A stretch of DNA of 64,000 nt from Candidatus Oleimmundimicrobium sp. (GTDB lineage Bacteria > Actinomycetota > Aquicultoria > UBA3085 > Oleimmundimicrobiaceae). The position numbers and the translations under genes were made by a program. The stretch covers positions 74,026 to 138,025 of the forward strand of contig NZ_JAUSCH010000004.1 of the NCBI RefSeq assembly GCF_030651595.1, written 5' to 3'. Every line of letters starts with the position of its first letter. Position 1 is the stretch's first letter. Positions 10,594 through 19,892 of the stretch are shown here, one piece after another. The notes beneath the pieces were generated by a model that saw nothing but the letters and a program-made list of their open reading frames with translations, was not told the DNA's origin and ran no database searches.

Positions 10594-11265
10594 ATGATGA
10601 TGAGAAAAGTTAAGATTGCTCCGTCAATATTATCGGCAAATTTTATAAAACTCGGAGAGGAAATAAAGCTTGCCGAGAAGGGCGGCGCCGACTACATTCA
10701 CGTTGACGTAATGGATGGTCACTTTGTCCCAAATATTACAATTGGGCCCCAAATTGTCAAATCCTTAAACAAAGAAACATCAATTCCTTTAGATGTTCAT
10801 TTAATGATAGAGAATCCAGAATTTTTTATTGATGATTTTGTTTCTGCTGGGGCCGATATGATATCGGTGCACGTGGAAGCTTGTACCCATCTTCACCGGA
10901 TAATTCAAAAGATAAAGTCATTTCCAAACGTAAAAGTAGGAGTAGCTTTAAATCCAGCCACTGCCCTCACCAGTTTAGTAAACATCTTAGATGAAATTAA
11001 TTTTGTCGTAATTATGTCGGTAAATCCGGGTTTTGGTGGCCAGAAGTTTATCCCGCAGACGATTGAAAAAATTAAGCTCTTGAAAAATATTATAAATGAG
11101 AGAAACATTCCTGTAGAAATTGAGGTTGATGGTGGAGTTAATGTTGAAAATGCGAATGAGATATTTAAAGCCGGAGCTGATATATTAGTGGCAGGCTCCT
11201 CGGTTTTTTGCAAAGATGATGCAAAGAAGGCCATTGCGGATTTACGAAAAGCGGCTACGGCTTAG
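10594..11265 (+). CDS. rpe: ribulose-phosphate 3-epimerase
   Basis: ORF 10549..11265. The likely start is the MMMRKVKIAPSILSANF methionine cluster after an AAGGAA RBS. Rpe motifs HVDVMDGHFVPN and HLM are present. Confidence 0.85.
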   Translation: MMMRKVKIAPSILSANFIKLGEEIKLAEKGGADYIHVDVMDGHFVPNITIGPQIVKSLNKETSIPLDVHLMIENPEFFIDDFVSAGADMISVHVEACTHLHRIIQKIKSFPNVKVGVALNPATALTSLVNILDEINFVVIMSVNPGFGGQKFIPQTIEKIKLLKNIINERNIPVEIEVDGGVNVENANEIFKAGADILVAGSSVFCKDDAKKAIADLRKAATA

Positions 11266-11315
11266 TTGCGCTAACTGTTTTTATTTGGTAAAGTACTAAC
11301 TAAATTTATATAATC

Positions 11316-11452
11316 TTCGAGAAAGGGTGACCTCAGAATTTATCTGGGGAATTCCCAACCGGCGGTAAAGCCCGCTAACCCCGCAAAGATTGTGGGGCCG
11401 ATTCGGTGAAATTCCGAAGCCGACAGTACAGTCTGGATGAGAGAAGATCTAT
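11316..11452 (+). ncRNA. FMN riboswitch (RFN element) in the rib operon leader
   Basis: Sequence reads GGGTGA...ATTCCCAACCGGCGGTAAAGCCCGC...GGGGCCGATTCGGTGAAATTCCGAAGCCGACAGTACAGTCTGGATGAGAGAAG. This matches the conserved RFN core and sits immediately upstream of ribD. Confidence 0.85.
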
Positions 11453-11460
11453 TGGTTAAA

Positions 11461-11487
11461 CCAAGGACTTTTCTCCTTGGTTTTTTT
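11461..11487 (+). terminator. riboswitch expression-platform terminator
   Basis: Hairpin CCAAGGActtttcTCCTTGG followed by T7, lying between the RFN aptamer and the ribD start. Confidence 0.7.
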
Positions 11488-11501
11488 AATTTTCAGAGGA
11501 T

Positions 11502-12596
11502 ATGATGGAATATTTAGATAATATTTATATGAAACGAGCAATTAAAATAGCAGAAAAGGGGAGGGGTCGCACAAGCCCAAACCCAATGGTCGGTGCAGTT
11601 ATTGTAAAAAATGGTGTTATCATTGGAGAAGGATATCATGCCTGGGCCGGTGAGCCACATGCTGAAATAAATGCTCTAAAAAGTGTAAACGAAACATTGG
11701 AGGGTTCAACGTTATATGTAACCCTTGAGCCTTGTTGCAACTACGGGAAAACACCCCCTTGCACAGAGGCAATAATATCATCCAAGATAAAAAAGGTGAT
11801 TATTGGTCTAACGGACCCAAATCCAAAAGTTAATGGCAAAGGGATTGAAGAACTTAGAAAAGCACAAATTGAAACTGAAGTAGGACTGTTTAAAAAAGAA
11901 ATAGCAAAACAAAATGAAGTTTATATTAAATACGTAACCACTAAAAATCCTTTTATATTGATGAAAATGGCAATTAGTTTTGACGGAAAAACAACATCAA
12001 AAAATGGTCAAACAACTAAGATTACTGACGAAAAATCAAAAAAATATGTTCATGGATTGCGGGATAAATATGATGCAATTATGGTGGGCATAGGTACGGT
12101 TTTGGCAGATGACCCAATGCTGACAGCACGCTTAGATAAAAAAGAGGGCAGAAACCCTTTACGCGTCATTGTCGACAGTAAAGCAAGACTTCCCTTAAGC
12201 TCGAAAATTGTAAAGACAGCCGATAAAGTGCTCACTTTGTTAGTAACAACAAAAGGAGCCCCATTGGATAAATTAAAAGCTTTAAGTGAAAAAAAAGTTC
12301 AGATTCTAACGATACCCAATAAAAAGGATAAAGTTGATTTAAAATTTCTCCTCGAAGAACTTGGTAGGCGAGAAATTACAAGTGTAATTTTGGAAGGCGG
12401 GCCAAGATTGGTTTCATCCGCTCTAAGGGAGGAGCTGGTTGATAAGATGGTTTTTCTTGTGGCTCCAAAAATAATTGGTGGAGAAAGTTCACTTGATTTT
12501 GTTGCTGATAAAGAAATTTCATTTAACTTTAATTTTGAGAACCCTAAATTACTCGGGAAAGATTTATTAATTGAGGCGTACCCGGGGATTAATTAA
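11502..12596 (+). CDS. ribD: bifunctional diaminohydroxyphosphoribosylaminopyrimidine deaminase / 5-amino-6-(5-phosphoribosylamino)uracil reductase
   Basis: CMP/dCMP deaminase zinc motif (HAEINAL, PCxxC) plus a C-terminal RibD reductase domain. Confidence 0.9.
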   Translation: MMEYLDNIYMKRAIKIAEKGRGRTSPNPMVGAVIVKNGVIIGEGYHAWAGEPHAEINALKSVNETLEGSTLYVTLEPCCNYGKTPPCTEAIISSKIKKVIIGLTDPNPKVNGKGIEELRKAQIETEVGLFKKEIAKQNEVYIKYVTTKNPFILMKMAISFDGKTTSKNGQTTKITDEKSKKYVHGLRDKYDAIMVGIGTVLADDPMLTARLDKKEGRNPLRVIVDSKARLPLSSKIVKTADKVLTLLVTTKGAPLDKLKALSEKKVQILTIPNKKDKVDLKFLLEELGRREITSVILEGGPRLVSSALREELVDKMVFLVAPKIIGGESSLDFVADKEISFNFNFENPKLLGKDLLIEAYPGIN

Positions 12597-12623
12597 CCAA
12601 TAAACTTTATAGATGGTGGTGTA

Positions 12624-13271
12624 ATGTTTACAGGAATCATAGAAGAGCTGGGGAAGGTACGGTCATTTCGAAAATCTGGGAATGCTTGCTCAATTAAAGT
12701 TTTTGCCCCGATTATAAGCAAAAATATTAAAATAGGTGACTCTATCGCAGTTAATGGAGTCTGCTTAACTGTTATAAAACAACACAAGGATGGCTTAGAA
12801 GCGGACATCATGCCAGAAACTTTGAAACAAACAAATTTAGGCACGATGAAACAAGGTGAGATGGTAAATCTTGAAAGGGCTGTAAGACCATCTGATCGAT
12901 TAGGTGGTCACATCGTCTCCGGTCATATAGATGGGGCAGGAAAAATAATTTCAAGCAACCGGGACAGAAACGCTATTATTTTAAAAATTAAAACAGAATC
13001 TCAAATTATGGAGTTTGTTGTGCCAAAAGGCTCAGTTGCAATTGATGGAGTCAGTCTTACGGTAACAAGTGTTTTAAAGAATTCGTTTTATGTCTCAATT
13101 GTTCCACATACTGCGGAAACAACAACTTTAGGCTTTAAAAAACGAGGAGAATCTGTAAATTTAGAAACCGATATAATGGCAAAGCACATTAAAAAGTTTT
13201 TTAACAAACAAAAGGAAAATATCGACACTGAAATGCTTAAAAAATTTGGATACTTAAAGGGGAGATATTGA
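12624..13271 (+). CDS. ribE: riboflavin synthase (alpha subunit)
   Basis: MFTGIIEE N-terminus and duplicated lumazine-binding repeats (VNGVCLTV / IDGVSLTV). Confidence 0.9.
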   Translation: MFTGIIEELGKVRSFRKSGNACSIKVFAPIISKNIKIGDSIAVNGVCLTVIKQHKDGLEADIMPETLKQTNLGTMKQGEMVNLERAVRPSDRLGGHIVSGHIDGAGKIISSNRDRNAIILKIKTESQIMEFVVPKGSVAIDGVSLTVTSVLKNSFYVSIVPHTAETTTLGFKKRGESVNLETDIMAKHIKKFFNKQKENIDTEMLKKFGYLKGRY

Positions 13272-13272
13272 A

Positions 13273-14478
13273 ATGGTGTTTAGTTCAATCAAAGAGGCCT
13301 TAAAAGACATAAAAAACGGAAAACCGATAATTGTATGTGATGATGAAAATAGAGAAAATGAGGGAGATTTTATTGTTGCCGCTGAAAAGGTGACTCCAGA
13401 AATAATAAATTTTATGGCAAAACACGGACGTGGGCTTATCTGCATGCCTTGTTTAGGCGAGAGACTCGATGAACTTAAAATTCCCTCAATGATAAAGAAC
13501 AATACATGCACAAATGAAACAGCTTTTACGGTTTCAATTGGAGCGAAGAATAAAATTACAACTGGAATATCTGCTTATGATAGGGCGGCTACAATTCTTG
13601 CAGTTGTTGATCCAAAAACAACTTCTGCCGAGATCTCAATGCCTGGACATGTTTTCCCGCTTCGAGCAAGAAAAGGCGGGGTGCTTGAGAGAGCGGGTCA
13701 TACGGAAACCGCTGTTGATTTGGCAAAAATAGCTGGACTTTATCCTGCTGGAGTTATCTGTGAAATCATGAATGATGACGGAACAATGGCAAGGCTTCCA
13801 CAATTAAAAAAAGTGGCTGAAGAATTTAGCTTAAAAATGATAACGGTGGCCGATTTAATTAAATATCGTCGGCAAACCGAGAAATTAGTTGAAAGAGTCG
13901 TGGAAATAAATTTACCTACGAGATTTGGTAAATTTAGGGCAGTAGCTTTTAAGAGTTTAATAGATAACGAATGCCATGTTGCTCTTATAAAAGGGGAGGT
14001 GAGCGGGAAAAAAGATGTGCTTGTCAGAGTTCATTCTGAATGCCTTACAGGTGATATATTTCATTCATTGAGATGTGATTGTGGTAGTCAGTTAGAAATC
14101 GCCCTTAAAAAGATTAACGATAACGGAGAAGGTGTCCTGCTTTATATAATTGGACAAGAGGGCAGGGGAATTGGGCTGATAAATAAATTAAGGGCTTATG
14201 AGTTACAAGAAAGAGGAAAAGATACTGTAGAGGCTAATGAATATCTCGGGTTCCCCCCAGATTTAAGAGATTATGGCATTGGAGCCCAAGTGCTAGTTGA
14301 TTTAGGGCTGACGACTATTCGATTAATGACTAATAATCCGAAAAAAATTGTGAGCTTAGAAGGTTATGGTTTAAAAATAACAGAAAGAGTTCCTTTAGAG
14401 ATAATTCCCAATAAAGAAAATGTTAAATATTTAAAGACAAAAAAAGAAAAAATGAACCATTTATTAGATAATGCCTAA
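13273..14478 (+). CDS. ribBA: bifunctional 3,4-dihydroxy-2-butanone-4-phosphate synthase / GTP cyclohydrolase II
   Basis: DHBP synthase N-terminal half ([10 protein letters not shown]) and GTP cyclohydrolase II C-terminal half (CxxGxxxxSLRCDCG). Confidence 0.9.
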   Translation: MVFSSIKEALKDIKNGKPIIVCDDENRENEGDFIVAAEKVTPEIINFMAKHGRGLICMPCLGERLDELKIPSMIKNNTCTNETAFTVSIGAKNKITTGISAYDRAATILAVVDPKTTSAEISMPGHVFPLRARKGGVLERAGHTETAVDLAKIAGLYPAGVICEIMNDDGTMARLPQLKKVAEEFSLKMITVADLIKYRRQTEKLVERVVEINLPTRFGKFRAVAFKSLIDNECHVALIKGEVSGKKDVLVRVHSECLTGDIFHSLRCDCGSQLEIALKKINDNGEGVLLYIIGQEGRGIGLINKLRAYELQERGKDTVEANEYLGFPPDLRDYGIGAQVLVDLGLTTIRLMTNNPKKIVSLEGYGLKITERVPLEIIPNKENVKYLKTKKEKMNHLLDNA

Positions 14479-14498
14479 AAATTCCAAGGAGGAATGTT

Positions 14499-14963
14499 AT
14501 GAAAAGCTATGAAGGAAAATTGATTGCTAAAAACTTAAGATTTGGAGTTATTGTAAGTCGATTTAACGAATTTTTAACCACCAGACTATTAGATGGAGCC
14601 ATAGACGCTCTCAAACGACATGACGTAAATCTTGACGATGTTGAGGTCGCTTGGGCGCCTGGCTCATATGAAATTCCACTTGTTGCAAAAAAAATGGCCG
14701 GTTCTGGAAAATATGATGCGATAATTTGTCTGGGAGCAATAATTAGAGGAGACACTCCTCATTTTGAGTATGTAGCCGGTGAAGTTACAAAAGGAATAGC
14801 TAAAGTTGGACTAGATTCGGAAATTCCGGTAACTTTTGGAATTATTACATCCAATGATTTAGAGCAAGCAATTGAACGCGCCGGGGCAAAATCGGGCAAC
14901 AAAGGCTGGTCAGCAGCATTAGCAGCCATTGAAATGGCAAATTTAATTAAAAAAATGGCTTAA
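14499..14963 (+). CDS. ribH: 6,7-dimethyl-8-ribityllumazine synthase
   Basis: 154 aa with lumazine synthase family features (e.g. [20 protein letters not shown]). Confidence 0.9.
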   Translation: MKSYEGKLIAKNLRFGVIVSRFNEFLTTRLLDGAIDALKRHDVNLDDVEVAWAPGSYEIPLVAKKMAGSGKYDAIICLGAIIRGDTPHFEYVAGEVTKGIAKVGLDSEIPVTFGIITSNDLEQAIERAGAKSGNKGWSAALAAIEMANLIKKMA

Positions 14964-15044
14964 TAAACATAGCGATAAGAATGAACAGGTCAGTCAAGTA
15001 TAATCTCAGAGAAATGAGAATTAGCATAATTATTTGTGGTAAGA

Positions 15045-15073
15045 GTAACTTTTGGCAATCTTTTTCGTTTCTA
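15045..15073 (+). promoter_or_regulatory. candidate ECF-type (autoregulated) promoter GTAAC-N16-CGTT
   Basis: GTAAC at 15045-15049 and CGTT at 15066-15069 with a 16-nt spacer, directly upstream of the ECF sigma factor gene. This follows the AAC-N16/17-CGT pattern of ECF promoters. Confidence 0.35.
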
Positions 15074-15081
15074 AATAAGGA

Positions 15082-15657
15082 ATGGTGAATGTGTCCCAAG
15101 ATGACAATTTAAAGCATATTGTTGAAGAATCAAAAAAGGATCCGGAAGCTTTTGTTAAAGTTTATGATTTGTTTTTTAATAAAATTTACGGCTATGTCTA
15201 CTATAAAGTGGGCAGTGTGGAGGACGCAGAAGATATAACGGAACAAGTTTTTTTAAAAGCTCTTGTGGCTATCGGGAAATTTAAATGGGAAGGCGCTTTT
15301 TTTTCATCATGGCTTTTTAAAATAGCGCACAATCAAATAGTTGATTATTTTAGAGCTCGAGCAAAAACAGTAAACAACAAAACAGTAAACAACATACCTG
15401 ACGAACAAATGGATAAAATTCCGGATAAAGGGGAGTGTTTAGAAAGGATAGTTGAAACAAAAATGTCGTTAAGTTATATACAAAACGAAATCCTTAAATT
15501 AACAAAAGAGCAGCAAGACGTGCTTATTTTAAAATTTTTAAGTGGTTTTTCCAATATGGAAATAGCTAAGTTTCTTAACAAGACAGAGGGAGCGGTAAAA
15601 GCCCTTCAACATAGAGCGTTAAACTCCTTAAGAAAAATTTTAAAGGAGAGATATTAA
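15082..15657 (+). CDS. RNA polymerase sigma factor, ECF (sigma-70 region 2 + region 4) family
   Basis: 191 aa with sigma-70 r2 and r4 regions and an HTH at the C-terminus. Its stop overlaps the start of the next gene (TAAATG). Confidence 0.8.
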   Translation: MVNVSQDDNLKHIVEESKKDPEAFVKVYDLFFNKIYGYVYYKVGSVEDAEDITEQVFLKALVAIGKFKWEGAFFSSWLFKIAHNQIVDYFRARAKTVNNKTVNNIPDEQMDKIPDKGECLERIVETKMSLSYIQNEILKLTKEQQDVLILKFLSGFSNMEIAKFLNKTEGAVKALQHRALNSLRKILKERY

Positions 15658-16611
15658 ATGAATCGGAAATTTGACGAGGCTTTAAATAATTGCATAAAGT
15701 TAATAAAAAACGGGGAAGAAGATATTGATGGATGTTTGGCAAAATATCCTAAATATAGTCAGAAATTAAAACCACTCCTCAGTACTTTTGTTGCTTTAAA
15801 AAATGTGCCAAAACCAAAATCATCGGCTCAATTTAAACAAACGGCTAGGTCAAGGTTATTAGAACAAGCAAAATTAATGAAAAGATCTTCTTTTTTCATT
15901 AATTTTGCTAAACCTAAGAAGTTTTCTTCAGCAATGCCAGTATTTCTTCAAGTGGCAGCTGCCATTCTTATCGTTGTCCTTTTAAGTGGGGGAACAGTTA
16001 TGGCGTCGGCAAGTAGTTTGCCCGGAGATTTGCTTTATCCTGTTAAAATTGCAACTGAGGAAGTTCAACTTTTTCTTACTTTCAACAAAACAGCCAAAGC
16101 TGAGTTGCACTTAAAATTTGCCGAAAAGCGTTTGAATGAAATCAAAGCTATTGATCAAGATGAAATTGATGTTAATCTCGACAACATTGTAAGCTCTATG
16201 ACTAAGCATTTAAATAAAGCTATGAATTTAACGAATGAGATGCAAGTTGAAGAAAGAGGGGAAGCACTCTTAAAAATATTGTATTTTATTCAACACGAGG
16301 AACCATTGTTGCAACAAGTTGCAAATAAAGTATCAAGCAAAGAAGGAAATGCTTTGAAAAATGCCATTAAGGCAACCTTAGAAGATAATTTTAACAATGA
16401 ACTTAGATTTAAAAACTCGAAAACATTAATTGAGATTGAAAAAGAAGAGAAAAAAGAAAAAGAATTTGGCGAAACTCAAATCGAGACAAAAGATAATTTA
16501 AAGAACGACCTGAGCGATGACAATAACGATGGCAGTAGCTCTTTTGATTTAGAACAAAAAGATGGTGCTAATGATGAAGATGATTTCGAGAAAAAAATTC
16601 AGAAAAGATAA
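15658..16611 (+). CDS. putative anti-sigma factor / membrane protein (single TM, acidic C-terminus)
   Basis: Translationally coupled to the ECF sigma gene. Cytoplasmic N-terminal ~100 aa, one TM helix (VFLQVAAAILIVVLLSGGTVMA), then an extracytoplasmic domain. Confidence 0.55.
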   Translation: MNRKFDEALNNCIKLIKNGEEDIDGCLAKYPKYSQKLKPLLSTFVALKNVPKPKSSAQFKQTARSRLLEQAKLMKRSSFFINFAKPKKFSSAMPVFLQVAAAILIVVLLSGGTVMASASSLPGDLLYPVKIATEEVQLFLTFNKTAKAELHLKFAEKRLNEIKAIDQDEIDVNLDNIVSSMTKHLNKAMNLTNEMQVEERGEALLKILYFIQHEEPLLQQVANKVSSKEGNALKNAIKATLEDNFNNELRFKNSKTLIEIEKEEKKEKEFGETQIETKDNLKNDLSDDNNDGSSSFDLEQKDGANDEDDFEKKIQKR

Positions 16612-16750
16612 ATCTTTAATTGGGAGTTAAGATTTTGAGCGCTGATGTCGATAATTATAATTGAGAGCCCCGAGGTTGCTGGGTGAGACTTGTAAAGAGT
16701 TAAATTGTAAAAGACCCTATGACAACCCCAAAGGGTTCTCTTTTTATGCG

Positions 16751-17011
16751 CTAATTTTTATTTGCCGATTTATTTTTAGACGAACTACCAGAAGGCGGTT
16801 CTTTTTTTATTTGAGATTTAGTTTTTGTCTGTTTCTTTTTCGAATCTGTTTTATAAAAACCCGTACCTTTAAAAATAATTCCTGCTGGATGATAAATTTT
16901 TTTAGTTTTTCCTCCACAAAGATTGCATTTAATTTCAAACTCTTCGTTTATCCCACGAATTACCTCAAAGCAGTTTCCGCACTTTTCGCATTTATAGTCG
17001 TAAATAGGCAT
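16751..17011 (-). CDS. FmdB-family zinc-ribbon protein
   Basis: MPIYDYKCEKCGNCFEV...CNLCGG CxxC...CxxC motif. The internal start at 17011 has a TGAGGT RBS, whereas the long ORF start at 17077 lacks one. Confidence 0.7.
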   Translation of the reverse strand: MPIYDYKCEKCGNCFEVIRGINEEFEIKCNLCGGKTKKIYHPAGIIFKGTGFYKTDSKKKQTKTKSQIKKEPPSGSSSKNKSANKN

Positions 17012-17444
17012 ATATTTTAACCTCATTATTATAATATAAGTCCCAAGTAACCGCTCTGTTGATTTTTTTAAGTTCATCTCTTCCGGTACGCGGGCTTCCT
17101 TGCCAAAAAAGCAATTTAGTTACCATGTACTTTCTAAGACAAATAAAAAACCAATTTGCAAGCTTCTTGGGACTTAATTAAATGTTATCAGTTAGTCGAG
17201 AAAAGTCAATAAATTACTTTTGGGAGAGGCTATAAAACATGATTAAAACAGGCTTCCAATTCTTCAAAGTAAATTTATTTTAGCAAGATAATCTGCGAAT
17301 ATTTAGTAAGTATTATAGTTAAACAATGGTTCTTGTGATAAAATTAATTAGTTAATTAAAATGTATATGATAATTTTTAATTACGTGGAGGAATAGTTGG
17401 TTTTTTGTAGAATTATTAATTATAAGGTATCGCGGGAGTAAATA

Positions 17445-19445
17445 GTGGATTTTAAAAACAAATTAATAGAACAAAAAGAATTTAACGCAATTCTTTCTAG
17501 TATTGCTGATGGAGTAATACTAACTGACCTTGAAGGAAGGGTTGTCCATTTAAGTCAGTCTGCTGAAAATATGTTAATGATTGAGGCAGATGAAGTTTTA
17601 GGAAAATGTATATCTATTTCTACTTTACTAGGGAAAGAAAGCCAAAGTGAAAAAGGTCTGGCTTTTTGTTGGGAAGAAAAGAACTGTAATGAAAAAATTT
17701 GTCCGGTTCACTCTAAAGACAACCCTCGTTGTTGGACAGTTTCAAATACCTGTCCTAATGGTGTTACACAAGGAACTTTTAGAGAGAAAATAAAACATTG
17801 CCAGACCTGCGAAATATTTAAACGAAATTCAAAAATACTTGAAGAACCAGCAGTAACAATGGTTAGTGAATTGGTAATAGATGGACCTCACAAAAAAATT
17901 CTTCAAATTAAAACAAATCCCGTTGTTGACGAGAGGGGAAATTTTCTTGGATTTGTAAGGACCTTGCACGATATTACGTTTCAACGAGAAATAAACACCA
18001 TGAAAGACGAATTTGTTTCAACAGTGTCACATGATTTTCGCATCCCATTAACCTCGATAAAAGGTTACGTTGACCTTATTCTCGATGGCGAAGCTGGAAA
18101 ATTTAATGATATGCAAAAAGAATTTCTGACAATTGTAAAACAAAACAGTGATCGCCTCATCAGTATGATTAATGATTTCTTGGATATCTCGAGAATCGAA
18201 TCTGGGAAGATGAATTTTGATATTAAACCCGAAAATATAAAATCAATGATTCATGACGTTGTTAGTACTTTTCAGAGATTTATTAACGAGAAAAAGATGG
18301 AAATTGAAATAAAAGTTCCTGATAAGTTGCCGAATATTTTAGCTGACCACGATCGAATAATTCAAGTTCTTAATAATTTAGTGAGTAACTCAATTAAATA
18401 TACTCCCCCTAATGGTAAGGTTGTAGTGGAAGTTTGTGAAAAAGGAAATTACATTGTTGTTTCAATTTCCGACACAGGAGTTGGAATTTCTACTAAAGAC
18501 CAAGAGAAATTGTTCACAAAGTTTTATCGAGTAGATAGCTCGCTTATTCAAGAAACCGGCGGGAGCGGTCTGGGTTTATCAATTTGTAAAACTATAATTG
18601 AGCGGCATGGCGGAAAAATTTGGGTAGAAAGTAAAGAGGAGAAGGGCAGCAAGTTTAGTTTTTCGCTGCCAGCTTTAAAGGTAGAAGTCAAACCAGAACT
18701 AATAAAACAAGGGATGAGGATTCTTGTTGTTGATGATGAACCCGATATTTCTAAATTGATTCAACTTTATCTTGAAAAAGAAGGATATTACGTGATTAAG
18801 GCTTTTGATGGAGAAGAAGCCGTTAAAATGGCCAGAAAAGAACATCCGGACCTTATTACGTTAGATATTATGATGGGCAAGATAAGTGGGTTTGACGTTT
18901 TAAAAGAACTAAAAGAAGATGCTCATACGGCTTCTATTCCCGTAATTGTTTTATCGGTTATTTTAGATGAAAAAAAAGGATATCGGTTGGGTGCATCCGA
19001 CTATCTTCCTAAGTCGGTTGATAGAAAAAAACTTATTGAAAGTGTTAATCGATTAGTTGGCAGAACTAATCAGCCTCAAAACGAAAAAATGGTTTTAGTT
19101 GTCGATGACGATAAAGATATTTCAAGTTTTATTGAATTCAACCTTAAGAAAGCAGGTTTTAAGGTAATTAAAGCTTTTAATGGAGTTAAAGCCCTTGATA
19201 TTTTAAAGAAAGAAAAGCCCGATCTTATGCTTCTTGATCTCAGAATGCCTGAAATGGATGGCTATGAGGTAATGGAAAGAATAAAGAACAATAAAAAGTT
19301 ATCTAAGATTCCTGTCATTATTATGACCGCTTACGATTTAGATCGCGAAAAAACCGAAATTTTAAATTTGGCTATTGATAAAATTTCAAAACCTTTTTCC
19401 ATGAGAATGCTCACGTCAAAAATTAAAGAAACTTTAAAAAAATGA
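17445..19445 (+). CDS. hybrid sensor histidine kinase: PAS with Cys-rich insert, HisKA, HATPase_c, REC, REC
   Basis: GTG start after a GGGAG RBS. HisKA H-box STVSHDFRIPLT, HATPase N/G boxes, and two receiver domains (ILVVDDEPD...LDIMM; VLVVDDDKD...LDLRMP). The Cys-rich block lies at aa ~75-124. Confidence 0.85.
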   Translation: MDFKNKLIEQKEFNAILSSIADGVILTDLEGRVVHLSQSAENMLMIEADEVLGKCISISTLLGKESQSEKGLAFCWEEKNCNEKICPVHSKDNPRCWTVSNTCPNGVTQGTFREKIKHCQTCEIFKRNSKILEEPAVTMVSELVIDGPHKKILQIKTNPVVDERGNFLGFVRTLHDITFQREINTMKDEFVSTVSHDFRIPLTSIKGYVDLILDGEAGKFNDMQKEFLTIVKQNSDRLISMINDFLDISRIESGKMNFDIKPENIKSMIHDVVSTFQRFINEKKMEIEIKVPDKLPNILADHDRIIQVLNNLVSNSIKYTPPNGKVVVEVCEKGNYIVVSISDTGVGISTKDQEKLFTKFYRVDSSLIQETGGSGLGLSICKTIIERHGGKIWVESKEEKGSKFSFSLPALKVEVKPELIKQGMRILVVDDEPDISKLIQLYLEKEGYYVIKAFDGEEAVKMARKEHPDLITLDIMMGKISGFDVLKELKEDAHTASIPVIVLSVILDEKKGYRLGASDYLPKSVDRKKLIESVNRLVGRTNQPQNEKMVLVVDDDKDISSFIEFNLKKAGFKVIKAFNGVKALDILKKEKPDLMLLDLRMPEMDGYEVMERIKNNKKLSKIPVIIMTAYDLDREKTEILNLAIDKISKPFSMRMLTSKIKETLKK

Positions 19446-19461
19446 GAAGCTGGTAAAGACA

Positions 19462-19868
19462 ATGGATAAAAAAAGATATTAGTTGTTGATGATGATTTAA
19501 ACATATGTCGCTTAATTAAATTTAAATTAACTAATAAAGGTTATGAGTTAATGGAAGCGCATAATGGAGAGGACGCATTAATAAAAGCGGTTCTTTTTAA
19601 ACCGGACTTAATTTTGCTTGACGTGATGATGCCCAAAATGAACGGCTGGGAAGTTTATGGAAAATTAAAAGAACACGCGGAATTAAAAGAAATTCCAGTA
19701 ATAATGGTAACAGCAGTAAGCCAGTTAGATGAGTCATTTGAAAATATTAATGCGCAAAACATTAAAGGATATATAAAAAAGCCCTTTGATTTTTCAGAAC
19801 TGATAAAAACAATAGAAAAGAACTTAGGACAAGCAGTTGACGGTAGTCCATTCGGCAGCCTAAGTTAG
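19462..19868 (+). pseudogene. CheY-like single-domain response regulator, interrupted by a homopolymer (A7) frameshift
   Basis: ATG at 19462 reads MDKK then hits a stop. With one extra A in the A7 run (19468-19474) the frame becomes MDKKKILVVDDDLNICR... continuous with ORF 19551..19868 (REC domain, LLDVMMP, KPFD). Confidence 0.6.
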
Positions 19869-19892
19869 AACAGGTAAAACAGGAGAGACTGC

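Noticed and set aside
3130-14755. Numerous 60-115-aa antisense ORFs inside mtaD, priA, fmt, rpe, ribD, ribE, ribH and others (e.g. 3130..3351, 5690..5908, 8609..8953, 10905..11234, 14507..14755)
   Set aside because: All lie fully inside strongly supported conserved genes on the opposite strand, and none has an RBS. They are frame artefacts.
16661-17020. 119-aa plus-strand ORF (MRAPRLLGETCKELNCKRPYDNPKGFSFYALIFICRFIFRRTTRRRFFFYLRFSFCLFLFRICFIKTRTFKNNSCWMINFFSFSSTKIAFNFKLFVYPTNYLKAVSALFAFIVVNRHIF)
   Set aside because: It is antisense to the well-supported FmdB zinc-ribbon gene. Its translation is arginine- and phenylalanine-rich low complexity, typical of an AT-rich antisense frame.
17100-17440. 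TTAATTAGTTAATTAA near-palindrome in the FmdB/kinase divergent spacer as an operator
   Set aside because: It reads as a direct repeat of a self-complementary AT word in ~80% AT sequence, so the chance occurrence is high. It is not reported as a feature.
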